64,000 nucleotides of DNA from Tetramitus jugosus (Eukaryota; Protista; Heterolobosea). The stretch spans positions 186,001-250,000 of the forward strand of contig OW569347.1 in the NCBI GenBank assembly GCA_937625935.1. The letters run 5' to 3'. Under the pieces are notes generated by a model. That model saw nothing but the letters and a program-made list of their open reading frames with translations. It was not told the origin of the DNA and ran no database searches. Shown one piece after another: positions 32,138 through 42,587 of this stretch (positions are counted from its first letter, which is position 1; each line of letters opens with the position of its first letter). The position numbers and the translations under genes were made by a program.

Positions 32138-33289
32138 TTAGAATTCCAACTTCTTTGGTTGTTCCCACTTGAATTCTGGTCTGCCAAAGTGACCATAGGC
32201 AGAGGTTGGGTAGAAGACAGGCTTGGTCAATTCCAACTCCTTGATGATGTGGTATGGTCTCAAGTCAAAGTTCTTGTTGACAATCTCCAAAATTTCAGCA
32301 TCAGTCTTTCCTTGAGCAGTTCCGTAAGAGTCAACGTGAACAGACAATGGAGCAGCAATACCAATAGCATAGGCAACTTGAACCAAGACTCTCTTGGCCA
32401 AACCAGCAGCAACAATGCTCTTGGCGACCCATCTGGCAGCATAAGCAGCAGATCTGTCAACCTTGGATGGATCCTTACCAGAGAAAGCACCACCACCGTG
32501 AGCTCCCCAACCACCATATCCGTCAACAATAATCTTTCTACCAGTCAAACCAGCATCACCTTGAGGACCACCAATGACAAATCTGCCAGATGGGTTCAAG
32601 TGAAGAATAGTGGTTTCGTCCATCAATTCCTTTGGAATGACAGCGTCAATAACCTTTTCCTTCAAGTCCTTTCTGATGACTTCGTTGGTAACGTCTTCAG
32701 AGTGTTGAGTAGAGATCAAAATGGTGTGAACCTTGATTGGCTTCAAGAAACCACCGTCCTTTTCGTATTCAACAGTAACTTGAGTCTTACCGTCAGGTCT
32801 CAAGTAATCGCAGGTGCCGTCCTTTCTGACTTCAGTCAACTTCAAAGCCAATTGGGAGGCCAACAAGTGAGACAATGGCATAAGTTCTGGGGTTTCATCA
32901 GAAGCATAACCAAACATCAAACCTTGATCACCAGCACCCAAGTCTTCCTCGGATCTTCCCAAGTGAACACCACCAGCAATATCTGGGGATTGTTGTTCAA
33001 TAGCAACCAAGACGTTGCAAGTCTTGTAGTCAAAGCCCTTGGATGAGTCATCAAAGCCAATGCTCTTGACAGTGTCTCTCACAATTTGTTGGTAGTTGAC
33101 AACAGCTTGGGTGGTAATTTCACCAAAGACCATAACCAAACCAGTCTTGGAGCAAGTCTCGCAAGCAACCTTGGATCTTGGGTCTTGTCTCAAGCATTCG
33201 TCCAAAATGGCATCGGAAACACGGTCGCAAAGCTTATCAGGGTGACCTTCAGTGACGGACTCGGAGGAGAAGAGGAATCTTTCTGGCAT
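32138..33289 (-). CDS. MAT: S-adenosylmethionine synthetase (canonical MAT)
   Basis: [26 protein letters not shown] signatures. Confidence 0.98.
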   Translation of the reverse strand: MPERFLFSSESVTEGHPDKLCDRVSDAILDECLRQDPRSKVACETCSKTGLVMVFGEITTQAVVNYQQIVRDTVKSIGFDDSSKGFDYKTCNVLVAIEQQSPDIAGGVHLGRSEEDLGAGDQGLMFGYASDETPELMPLSHLLASQLALKLTEVRKDGTCDYLRPDGKTQVTVEYEKDGGFLKPIKVHTILISTQHSEDVTNEVIRKDLKEKVIDAVIPKELMDETTILHLNPSGRFVIGGPQGDAGLTGRKIIVDGYGGWGAHGGGAFSGKDPSKVDRSAAYAARWVAKSIVAAGLAKRVLVQVAYAIGIAAPLSVHVDSYGTAQGKTDAEILEIVNKNFDLRPYHIIKELELTKPVFYPTSAYGHFGRPEFKWEQPKKLEF

Positions 33290-33653
33290 TGTTGTTGTTG
33301 TTTTTTTGTGTTGTTGGTTGTTGTGTTTTTTTCAGGACAAAAGAGTGTGTCGTTGAAAGTTTGCCAAAAGCTTTCGCTGTTGGGGATTGTGTGAACGCGT
33401 GGCCCGTGTGTGAAAAGATGGCCGCACAATCCAAGTGAGAACCTTCTGCGGATTTTCACACACTTCTCCGTAGCGCCGAAAACGACCAAGAAACTTTCAG
33501 AAGCGCGCATTGTAAATGGCAAGAGCAGGGTGACGTCATTCACTTTTTCTAATCTTCCGGCTTGTGCGGAGAATAGATTAACAGATGAAAAGATAATAGC
33601 AATACAATGTGAAAGTTAGTTTGCAACAAGGACTCATTATGGAGTAGGGTTGG

Positions 33654-34565
33654 TCAATTCAATTCTTTATTTATTGTTTCTTCATTTTTGTTGTTATTAT
33701 TAGAGGTGGATATCTCCCTTTCATAAAATCTTGGAACCCAGGGACGATCCGAGGATTGCAAGTAGCTCACCAGCCTTGGTCTGTTTAAAACTCTTTTGTA
33801 AAATGCCTCCAAATCTCTCAGTGTCTCTCCATTGAATTGAAATAGTCCATAGTGAATGCTTTCATCGACCAAATCGAACAAAGCGAGATCTGCCCAGGAA
33901 AAGTGATTTCCAACAGCATATCCACAACTTCCATGATCATTTATAAATCTCTCAAGTCTCATGAATCTCGCAGGTAGTATTCCTTCGACATAGTTTCTCA
34001 ACTCTTCAGCCTTGTTTTGATATCGAACACAATTGAAATGTTAGAATAAACAACTTAACAACAAAAGAATTCGGTTCCATGTTTGGAACCAAAAGAGTGA
34101 TCATACATCTGTACCACTTTGAAGAAAGAGGCGATAAGTGTGAGACCTCACATCAGACACTTCATTCACTAATGAATGCATCTGGGCACTGTCCATATCA
34201 TCCACTGGAATCAACCCACCACGCTTGCAAAGAAACATAGAAATGGCCAACGTTTGAGCCAAAATGAAACTCTTATCACCTTCTATCTGCAATATTGGTA
34301 AGTGCCCAAACGGTGAGTCATTAAACAATTCGGATTGCGTCCAGTCCAGATAGGACTCCAGCTTCACCTTAAACTTTAGTTTCCCCTCGAGACAAATGAG
34401 CTTTAGAACTTCTGCTCTTGCTCTGAATTCAAAGTACGAGATGACGTATGTGGGATCTTGGCATCGGTTTGGCTCTGGTGTGGGCGAACTGGAAAGGCAT
34501 GGGTCTGGTTCTTGTTGGTATCCCGTGCACTGAGAGGTGCATCCATCTTGTACTTCCGAGTGCAT
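33654..34565 (-). CDS. Glutathione S-transferase, sigma-like (intron 34011-34106)
   Basis: YFEFRARAE, SPFGHLPIL, LAQTLAI, VGNHFSWADL. A phase-0 GTATGA...AAG intron joins SGTD/AEELRNY. Confidence 0.88.
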
Positions 34566-35078
34566 TTGTTGTTTGAGGATGATCAATTCTAAGCTCAAGT
34601 TCAATTTGCAGAAGGAAGGAAATCATGATTCCACATGGTAAAAACGGTCTTGCGCACTATCTGAATTGCGGGTTGTATGGAATTTCTGATTGGCACTGCG
34701 GACGTTCATCAATATGTTCACAGAGCTTCGGAATTGGTTCGGTAAAACTTCCCGTGTTACAGAACTGACATCCGACAAAGAGACGTGTTCAACAATTGAG
34801 TTTGATTCTGACTTGCTTTCTCTCTTTCAACGCTGCCCCATGTAAAATGCATTTATCAGGCTAACAGGGTACGTTTACACAAATTAGTAAAACAACATGA
34901 TTTGTTCAGAGGTGTAAATTGTCATCATATCCAGTTCAATCTGAGGAAACAAAAAGTGTTGCTGTTTTTTTACGGATTGCAAAATCAGTTGTGGGTTTTG
35001 TGGCGAAATCCTTTTCACAGGGGAACATAAGCCGACATACTCATTTCGTGATACAATTCATCTCTTTTGACAACATGT

Positions 35079-36038
35079 TTATTCAGAAGTGGTAATACCC
35101 GACAAAAACTTCTTGGTTAGTTCATAGGTGAAGAAGCATGCACCATTTGCAGGGAAAGCTCTCAGCAAGCAAGGAGCGAATCCCCAATAGAATGAACGGA
35201 ATCCGTACTGTGCTCGCATCTTCTTTGCGCAATCCCACATGTTCGTATAAGCTCTCTGTGATTTATCCAAATGATCAGTCTGCATTCTCGACTTGATCAC
35301 ATCAATAGGGAAGGAGGAGATCCAATAAAAGGCACCAGCGATACCACCAGCAGCCAAGATGGACAATGGTGCAATCTCACCGTTAGGTGAGCCCTGAGAC
35401 AATCTCTTCTTCATCCACTCGTAAAATGCAAAGTATGCCATGTTGGCAGGAATATTTCTAGCAAGTGTAGCGGCATAACCTTGGAAAATGCCTCGCATTC
35501 CATACTGAGAAAAGATTTTTCGTGTGCAGTCCAAAGTACCATTGTACTGTCTAGTGGAGGCGTCTCCGTATTGGACTTGAAGCTTAGCTTTGATCAACTC
35601 CACTGGTGACTCAATAACACTCAATGCAATACCAGTCAGCGCACCACCGACGATATATGGAGCAACACGGAAAGGAGATGATGCAAGTCTGTCTTGTTCT
35701 TCACTGCTCTCACGATCCAATACATTATAATAGAGTTGTAGGCCTTGATTGTAAGCAAAGAAACAAACAGCGTTCACAATGGTCACACCGACAAGTGGTG
35801 ATCCAATGCCCTTGTAGAAACCGTTGAGTCCCTCCTTTGCATATGTTTGTCTCACACAATCCATAGTTCCCTTGAAACGACCACCATCGGACTGCATTCT
35901 GACCTTGAGTGTGTCAAATGGATGACCGACAAGGACAAGAGCAGCTCCACCAGCTGAACCAGATAATGTGTCAATGACACCTCTTGGCAAAAGTGGTTGT
36001 TGTGTTGTTGTTGTTGGAGTGGTCGTGGTGGTGGCCAT
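35079..36038 (-). CDS. Mitochondrial carrier (carnitine/acylcarnitine or basic amino acid type)
   Basis: Three PxDxxK repeats: GHPFDTLKVRMQ, SPVELIKAKLQ, FPIDVIKSRMQ. Also RAFPANGACF. Confidence 0.93.
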   Translation of the reverse strand: MATTTTTPTTTTQQPLLPRGVIDTLSGSAGGAALVLVGHPFDTLKVRMQSDGGRFKGTMDCVRQTYAKEGLNGFYKGIGSPLVGVTIVNAVCFFAYNQGLQLYYNVLDRESSEEQDRLASSPFRVAPYIVGGALTGIALSVIESPVELIKAKLQVQYGDASTRQYNGTLDCTRKIFSQYGMRGIFQGYAATLARNIPANMAYFAFYEWMKKRLSQGSPNGEIAPLSILAAGGIAGAFYWISSFPIDVIKSRMQTDHLDKSQRAYTNMWDCAKKMRAQYGFRSFYWGFAPCLLRAFPANGACFFTYELTKKFLSGITTSE

Positions 36039-36250
36039 GTGTCGTTGTTCTTTGCCTTGTTGTTGTTTAGTATTCGTGTTTTTTGGGAATGTCAGTTTTT
36101 TGGTCTCCCAGCACAACTTCTGTTCGGCGTGTTTAGAGAACGTGTCGGTGTCGTTGAGAAAAACTCACTCTTCCCTTCTTGGTGTGTGATTGGCGAAAAA
36201 TTTGGTGGAGAATCTTTTTTCGCCATCTTCTGGCGCGAAGACTCCCGTGG

Positions 36251-37582
36251 TTATTTGCCTGGTGTTGGTTGCTGGCGGCAGGTCAACACAAGGTCAAAAG
36301 CAAATATCTGAGACAACTGATCTGCACATGCACCCTTGTACGCGATAAAGTGATGATTGACGGATGGCTCCTCATGCACTCGATAACAACTTCCCAGACC
36401 ACCCATACCGACAATGATCCTCTCTGATGGATCCTGCAACCATTCGCTGTTCGTTACAAAGTGCTCCTCTCGCATCAGTGATATACCATAGAACACTCTT
36501 CTAAACCGGGAATGGACACATGCCATTGCGCACATGCAACAGGGTTCATGAGTCGTGTACAAATCATACCCAGTGCAAAGATAGGGAACAGGTTCATTGT
36601 TACTCTCTCCGTTTGGTTCTTTGATGAATGTTGTCGTTGTGTCTGATGGAGTGGTTGGAGTGGTATCTAATCGACATCTCTTGACACCTACTGTTGCAGT
36701 TGAGCTCTCTCGTGTTGCTTGTTCTTGTTCGCTATTGTCATCACCAGTCTGCATTTGCTTACGATTATTATTCTTCTCCATCCACTCTCGTTCTCTAAGT
36801 GATACTTGTTGAATGACTTGCATCACTGCGTGATCGCACGGTTTACCAGCTGCATTGCTCCTCAAACTTTGATCGCTCATTGTCACTGGATGATACGGTG
36901 AGCATGAAATAGGACTATCGTCGCTCGCCTGAGCAATTATCGTATTCAATCGAGGATCCACAACAACAGCAGACACTCTTCTCGATTGCTTTGCCATCTC
37001 CACTGCCTCGCCCATATGCTTATACAGATTTGATAACTCTTCGTCAGACAATTCATGCTCAACACTTGTTTCAATCGTTTCTGGTAGTGACAATGGTCGA
37101 AGTGGCCAATATTCTCGAGTCCACTCAGTCCAATCTTTGTTGATTTGTGGCGGTAATTTAGGCACACGAACCACTGTTAATCTATCACTTTGGATCACCG
37201 TATTGCATGCTGTGATCATTTCTGGATAACTGGATGTAAATTGGTCCCACACTGTCATCGTATCGTTCAAGTTTGAACAATTTTCTTCAATCGGCGTGTG
37301 ATTCACCACATGTCGCGAACACAACAAACATTCAACGTGTGTAACGTTTTTATCGTTGTTTGCTCTGATTCGTTTCAAATGATCGAGTCCATACTTGGAC
37401 AGTGGAAAATGCTCACTCAGAGCGCTTAGTACTTTTGATGCATCCTTCTTGGGCACATGAAGCACATAGCAATCAATGAGGTTGACTGGATGAACTTTAG
37501 GGATGGTGATTACCTTTTTGATTTCAACTCCCTTCAGTAATGTTGGTGCAGTTTCTGTTGTCGGAGATGCGGAATGTTGCAT
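36251..37582 (-). CDS. ADAT3: tRNA adenosine-34 deaminase non-catalytic subunit ADAT3/Tad3
   Basis: HLKRI, YWP, HAVM (V in place of the catalytic E), YLCTGYDLYTTHEPCCMCAMACVHSR. Confidence 0.92.
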   Translation of the reverse strand: MQHSASPTTETAPTLLKGVEIKKVITIPKVHPVNLIDCYVLHVPKKDASKVLSALSEHFPLSKYGLDHLKRIRANNDKNVTHVECLLCSRHVVNHTPIEENCSNLNDTMTVWDQFTSSYPEMITACNTVIQSDRLTVVRVPKLPPQINKDWTEWTREYWPLRPLSLPETIETSVEHELSDEELSNLYKHMGEAVEMAKQSRRVSAVVVDPRLNTIIAQASDDSPISCSPYHPVTMSDQSLRSNAAGKPCDHAVMQVIQQVSLREREWMEKNNNRKQMQTGDDNSEQEQATRESSTATVGVKRCRLDTTPTTPSDTTTTFIKEPNGESNNEPVPYLCTGYDLYTTHEPCCMCAMACVHSRFRRVFYGISLMREEHFVTNSEWLQDPSERIIVGMGGLGSCYRVHEEPSVNHHFIAYKGACADQLSQIFAFDLVLTCRQQPTPGK

Positions 37583-37961
37583 TGTTGTCTGTGCACTTTT
37601 GTTCAGAATTATTGGCGAAATGTTCAAGATCTTTCCTCAAATGTTTTGGAGAGTTGAGTAGTGCCAGAATGCAACCTGTTGGAGATCAAACGAATACAAC
37701 CTGATCTGTATCCTGGGTTCACGTGTCTACAACAGCTTCAGTTTTAGGATTCAGAGCTCTTGAACACTTCATTTTCTCTTCAAGCCCAGAAGCGTCTGTT
37801 TTTTATATATGTTGAATTTTCACCGTTGTAATTTACAAAGGTCAACCAATTTTGTTTTCCCCGCGCGCTCCTCTCTCCACAACAAAACTCACAATCAAAC
37901 ACATTCATCATCCACCTTGCGTGATTTCTCGCACCAAAAAATATAAACACAGGAGGAAAAA

Positions 37962-39434
37962 ATGAACAAGAGCAGACAAATCTTGCGTGCCTTGAACAAC
38001 AAGAAGTTGTTGACAAAGTCATATGCTACCGATGCTGCACAAACACAATTCAGAACCGCATCGATCAGTGAACCTATTGAGACACCTTTCTATGATCTTC
38101 CTGAATTTTTGACCAAATCACCAGCAACACAAATCACAACATTGAGCAATGGTGTCAGAATTGTCACTGAACCAAGAGTTGGTGAGACTGCTGCTGTTGG
38201 TGTTTACATCAAGGCTGGTAGCAGACAAGAAAACAAATCAAACAATGGTGTTGCTCACTTCTTGGAGCACATGTACTTTAAGGGAACAAAGAAGCGCTCA
38301 GCACAACAACTTGAAACTGAATACGAGAATGCAGGTGCTTTGATGAACGCTCACACTGCTAGAGAGTACACTGCTTTCACTTCTCACTGCTTGAAGGGTG
38401 ATTTGGACAGATCTGTTGACAGCTTGGCTGATGTTTTGTTGAACTCTGAATTGAAGGAACAAGACATTGAAAAAGAAAGAGACACTATTTTGAGAGAAAT
38501 GGAAGAAGTTTCCACAAACATTGATGAAGTTTTGTTTGATGAGTTGCACGGAGCCGCTTTCCAAGGAACCAGTCTTGGATTCACCATCTTGGGTCCACAA
38601 GAAAACATCAAATCTATCTCACGCAAACAAATGGTTGACTACAGAGATACATTCTATACCGCACCAAGAATGACATTGATTGCTGTTGGTGATGTTGATC
38701 ATGACAAGCTCGTAAAGTTGGGTGAGAGCTATCTTGGTAACGTTCCATCTGCTCCTGTCAATGGAAAGAGTGACAAGACTGATGCCGCAAACTTTATTGG
38801 TTCTGATTTCAGAATGGCTGCTGAGGGTATTCCAAACCTACACATGGCCATTGGTTTCCAAGGACCAGGTCTTGCTTCTGCTGATATCTTGACCATTAGT
38901 GTCATCCAACTCTTGTTGGGATCTTATGACAAGAGCATGGGTGCCGCCAAGTACGTTGCTCAAAATTTGGCAAACACTATTGCTGATAACGAACTTGCTA
39001 GATTCCAAGCTCCATTCAACCACGCATACTCTGACACATGCTTGTTTGGTGTGCAAACCATTTCCGATGGTGGAGAGAACACTGATACCTTGATGTGTGA
39101 AGTTGTTCACCACATTACCAAGCTCTGCTACAGAGTTACCCCAGAAGATTTGGAGAGAGCAAAGAATGTTTTGAAGACTCAAGTTTTGGGACAATACGAA
39201 GGTGGATTGAGAAACGTTTTGGAGGAAGCTGCAAGACAAGTTCTCTTCTATGGCAGAAGACCATCTGCTGCTGAAATGTTTGCCAGAATCGACGCTATCA
39301 CTGTTGATGATGTCAGAAGAGTTGCCACCCAATACGTTCATGACCAAGATCCAGTTATGTCTGCAATTGGACGCATTGAAAATATGGTTGACTACACTTG
39401 GTTGAGAACATTCACAACTGCATGGAGATTGTAA
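37962..39434 (+). CDS. PMPCB: Mitochondrial processing peptidase beta / complex III core 1
   Basis: Presequence, inverted zinc motif HFLEH, NAHTAREYT, ERDTILREMEEV. Confidence 0.93.
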   Translation: MNKSRQILRALNNKKLLTKSYATDAAQTQFRTASISEPIETPFYDLPEFLTKSPATQITTLSNGVRIVTEPRVGETAAVGVYIKAGSRQENKSNNGVAHFLEHMYFKGTKKRSAQQLETEYENAGALMNAHTAREYTAFTSHCLKGDLDRSVDSLADVLLNSELKEQDIEKERDTILREMEEVSTNIDEVLFDELHGAAFQGTSLGFTILGPQENIKSISRKQMVDYRDTFYTAPRMTLIAVGDVDHDKLVKLGESYLGNVPSAPVNGKSDKTDAANFIGSDFRMAAEGIPNLHMAIGFQGPGLASADILTISVIQLLLGSYDKSMGAAKYVAQNLANTIADNELARFQAPFNHAYSDTCLFGVQTISDGGENTDTLMCEVVHHITKLCYRVTPEDLERAKNVLKTQVLGQYEGGLRNVLEEAARQVLFYGRRPSAAEMFARIDAITVDDVRRVATQYVHDQDPVMSAIGRIENMVDYTWLRTFTTAWRL

Positions 39435-39809
39435 ATCGGACAACTCTGTGAGACTTTATCGGGTTGGCTACGAGCAATAGGAGAAGGGCTGTGTCTGACA
39501 TGGAACCTTCATTTCTGATTCCGCCAACAAATTGCGGGCGTTTGAATATGTGATGTCAATAAAAACAACAAATAAAAATCAAAGTTTTCAAAGAGAGAAT
39601 CAATTGATGTTGCGCGTTGATGGTATTTTTGGATCTTATTTTGACGAAGTGGCAAGCGAAATGCCACTGGCTATTATTTGAAGCTGGCCCATCAACCATC
39701 TGACCTTGGTTGCTCCTCCTATTTAACAGCTTGTGACGAGTGTTATCATATCACAATCAAACAACACCAACACAAATACCTAAGTCCACTAATCAACTTT
39801 GTAATATAA

Positions 39810-40508
39810 ATGAAACTATTCGGAATCGTCCTTCTCCTTCTTTCCCTGTTCGTGGGAGTCGCATTGTGCCATAATAATTCAACCCAGAAGCCATACTTTC
39901 CTTCCTCCTATTTTATGAAGGTGTTTGTACAGACGACAAGAAAGTTTCGTTATGATGTGTACTATGACTATGAAAATCATAAGTATAGATTCGATTCTTA
40001 TGGAGTTCCCATGGATATCTTACTAAAGGAGTCACCCATGATTTCGAACATCTTTGCTGGCAGAGAAGAACTGAAGACATCTCTCCTCAAAGCAGAGGAC
40101 GAAGCAAGGTCTAGCAAGATCAGCAACAAGCATACAACACAAGGACTCTACTCCTTCATCTTTGACTATCAACAACTTCTCATGTTCAGCATGTTCCCAG
40201 GATCATGTGTGATCTCTACTCTGCAACCACTGGAAGAATTTCCAAGTATCGGTACGCAATATGAAGACTTGTTAGGTGAAGCAACCTATTCAGGACAACG
40301 AGAGCTGAATGGTGAAATGGTAGATCATTACATTCGCAATTATGTGTTCACTCAGATTGACTATTTCCAAACTGCACCTCGAAACGGAACTCTGCCTCAA
40401 CCAAGACAATTGGTTGTTGCTGATGTCAGCTATACTTTCTCTGACATCAACCCTAAGAAACCAGATCCTAGTGTATTCTTGCCACCTGCGGATTGTAGAG
40501 TTGTCTAG
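39810..40508 (+). CDS. Ependymin-related (EPDR-like) secreted/lysosomal protein
   Basis: Signal peptide, YYDYENHKYRFD, IFDY, C-terminal PDPSVFLPPADC. Confidence 0.7.
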   Translation: MKLFGIVLLLLSLFVGVALCHNNSTQKPYFPSSYFMKVFVQTTRKFRYDVYYDYENHKYRFDSYGVPMDILLKESPMISNIFAGREELKTSLLKAEDEARSSKISNKHTTQGLYSFIFDYQQLLMFSMFPGSCVISTLQPLEEFPSIGTQYEDLLGEATYSGQRELNGEMVDHYIRNYVFTQIDYFQTAPRNGTLPQPRQLVVADVSYTFSDINPKKPDPSVFLPPADCRVV

Positions 40509-40718
40509 TTGGCCCAATAAAATACCACGATATTTACCTGAAATCCCATAAAATTTATCACCGAAAAGGGTGACGGCAAAATCATTGTCATGTCAATCAA
40601 TCCCAAGAGGTTCCCACTAATCGGGCCATATAACGCCTAAGGGAGTTCCAAGTAATAGCACTGACCAACCGCACAAACACCGAAACAAAAACCGATAACA
40701 AACAACACACGAAGCAGT

Positions 40719-42566
40719 ATGAAAAAGGTGCTGTCGAATCTCTTCCTATGGAGGAGAGTACCAAGCAGTAACCAGCAACAGCAATCAACAGCAACTCAAC
40801 CACCTCAACAAGACACCACACGGCAACCCAACAGCACAGAAGATACTCTCACTGCCTCTGATCGTTCCGATTCATGGGCAAAACGCCGCCTCCAAAAAAA
40901 ATCTTCTTCCCGCCTGAGCGAAAAGTCCGAAAGTGGTTTACTGGACTGGAAAAATGAACCCAATCCGTTTGCTGCTGATTTACAGCGAAGACAGAGCTCT
41001 CGTCTCAGGAACACAGCAAATCAAGCTTCAGCAACAGCACAACAGCAAGCTCAACCCCAAAATCAGCAGCAGCAAGATGGTGATGATGATGATACAAACA
41101 CAGCAACAAGCGTAGGTGAAGTCATTGAAGACACATCCATGATGATGCTTGACAATGATGAAATGTCGTCGACAACCAACAATGGTATGACACCTCGTTC
41201 AGAGACCAACAATCCTGCAGCAGTATCATCACGAAGAAGACAACAACAACAGCAACAACGACAATCCTCAACGACACATGATGATCAATTGATATCGAAT
41301 CATCAGGGATCAGAGATTCACATGGCAGCTCTAATGGGTCAATTGGACATTATCAAGGATTTGATTCAAACCAATTTGATGCAAAGAGTAGTCAATGTCC
41401 ACAATATCAATAATAATAGCAATATGAATGACGATGATGATCAACAGAAACGAGTGGTCATCACACCTAGAGAATCCACTCATCTCATTCGACAATTCTG
41501 TGTGACTAAAAAGGGCGCAAACTTGAATACTCCACTGCATCTCGCTTGTTTCAAAGGACATTTGGACATTGTTCAATTCTTGGTTGAGGAGTGTGATGTG
41601 GATGTGGATGAGACCAACAAGGATGACTCAACTGGGTTGCAATGTGCATGTGCAAAGAATCAGAGACACATTGCCCAATATTTGATCACTCAGGGTGCAG
41701 ACCTCAAACACAGAGATCAATACGGTTATACTGCATTTCACATTGCCATGATTTCTCACTCGTTTGAGATTGCCAATGATTTGATATCGTTTGGAGCAGA
41801 GATTGATGCACGTCGATTCGATGGAAAAACAGCGTTGCACATGATGGCAGAACAAGGCAATCTTAATGGTGTGAAATTCCTGTTGAACACGCACAAGAGT
41901 GCATCGAGTTTGAACAGAGACCAGAAGGGAGATGTGCCCATTGCTTCAGCTATCAAGAAGAACAAGACGGAGGTTGTTCGGTTCCTGTGTCGTCATCATC
42001 GGTCTAAGATGACCATTAATCAAGTAGTTCGCATGAAGAATGAACTCGGTAGAAACATTTTGCACGTGGCTATAGATGATCTAGGCAAGGAGGAGAGTGC
42101 ATATGCGATGGTTCGAGTACTTATGGAGTTGCTATTCAAGGAGCAGACACTGCCGCTGGTTCATTTATTGTTGAGTCACGAAGATAAGGTACTCAAGTAC
42201 ACTCCATTGCATTTGGCAGCAAAGCGAGGATACGCACACGTGGTTCGGTTATTGTTGAGGACTGGTGCTCTGATCAATGCAATTGACGAGAAGGGCAATA
42301 CTGCTCTGCATCTGATACTGTTGGCCAAGCCTTCAGCCAGGCAAGATCATGTTCTCTTTGAGCGGGATCAGTTGCTGACTGTCAAGTATCTCGTTTCACA
42401 TCCAAAATGCAAGCTAGATCTAAAGAACAAGGCAAAGCAGTCACCAAAGTCTTTGATCAAGGCTCTGGCCAGAAAGGATCTAGCCTTGGTAATCAAGAAC
42501 AAGAAAAGGCTGAGAAGAGAAGCTGCTCCTTATTATAGCTTTAGTGGCAAGGCTCTTACGAGTTAG
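40719..42566 (+). CDS. Ankyrin-repeat protein
   Basis: Multiple TPLHLA/TALH repeats after a Q/S/T-rich N-terminus. Confidence 0.92.
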   Translation: MKKVLSNLFLWRRVPSSNQQQQSTATQPPQQDTTRQPNSTEDTLTASDRSDSWAKRRLQKKSSSRLSEKSESGLLDWKNEPNPFAADLQRRQSSRLRNTANQASATAQQQAQPQNQQQQDGDDDDTNTATSVGEVIEDTSMMMLDNDEMSSTTNNGMTPRSETNNPAAVSSRRRQQQQQQRQSSTTHDDQLISNHQGSEIHMAALMGQLDIIKDLIQTNLMQRVVNVHNINNNSNMNDDDDQQKRVVITPRESTHLIRQFCVTKKGANLNTPLHLACFKGHLDIVQFLVEECDVDVDETNKDDSTGLQCACAKNQRHIAQYLITQGADLKHRDQYGYTAFHIAMISHSFEIANDLISFGAEIDARRFDGKTALHMMAEQGNLNGVKFLLNTHKSASSLNRDQKGDVPIASAIKKNKTEVVRFLCRHHRSKMTINQVVRMKNELGRNILHVAIDDLGKEESAYAMVRVLMELLFKEQTLPLVHLLLSHEDKVLKYTPLHLAAKRGYAHVVRLLLRTGALINAIDEKGNTALHLILLAKPSARQDHVLFERDQLLTVKYLVSHPKCKLDLKNKAKQSPKSLIKALARKDLALVIKNKKRLRREAAPYYSFSGKALTS

Positions 42567-42587
42567 CTAGTTTTGTTTTATGGAATG

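Noticed and set aside
32093-33046. 317-aa antisense ORF over MAT (similarly 38838-39443 over MPP-beta)
   Set aside because: Shadow ORFs caused by strong codon bias in highly expressed genes. No protein-like motifs.
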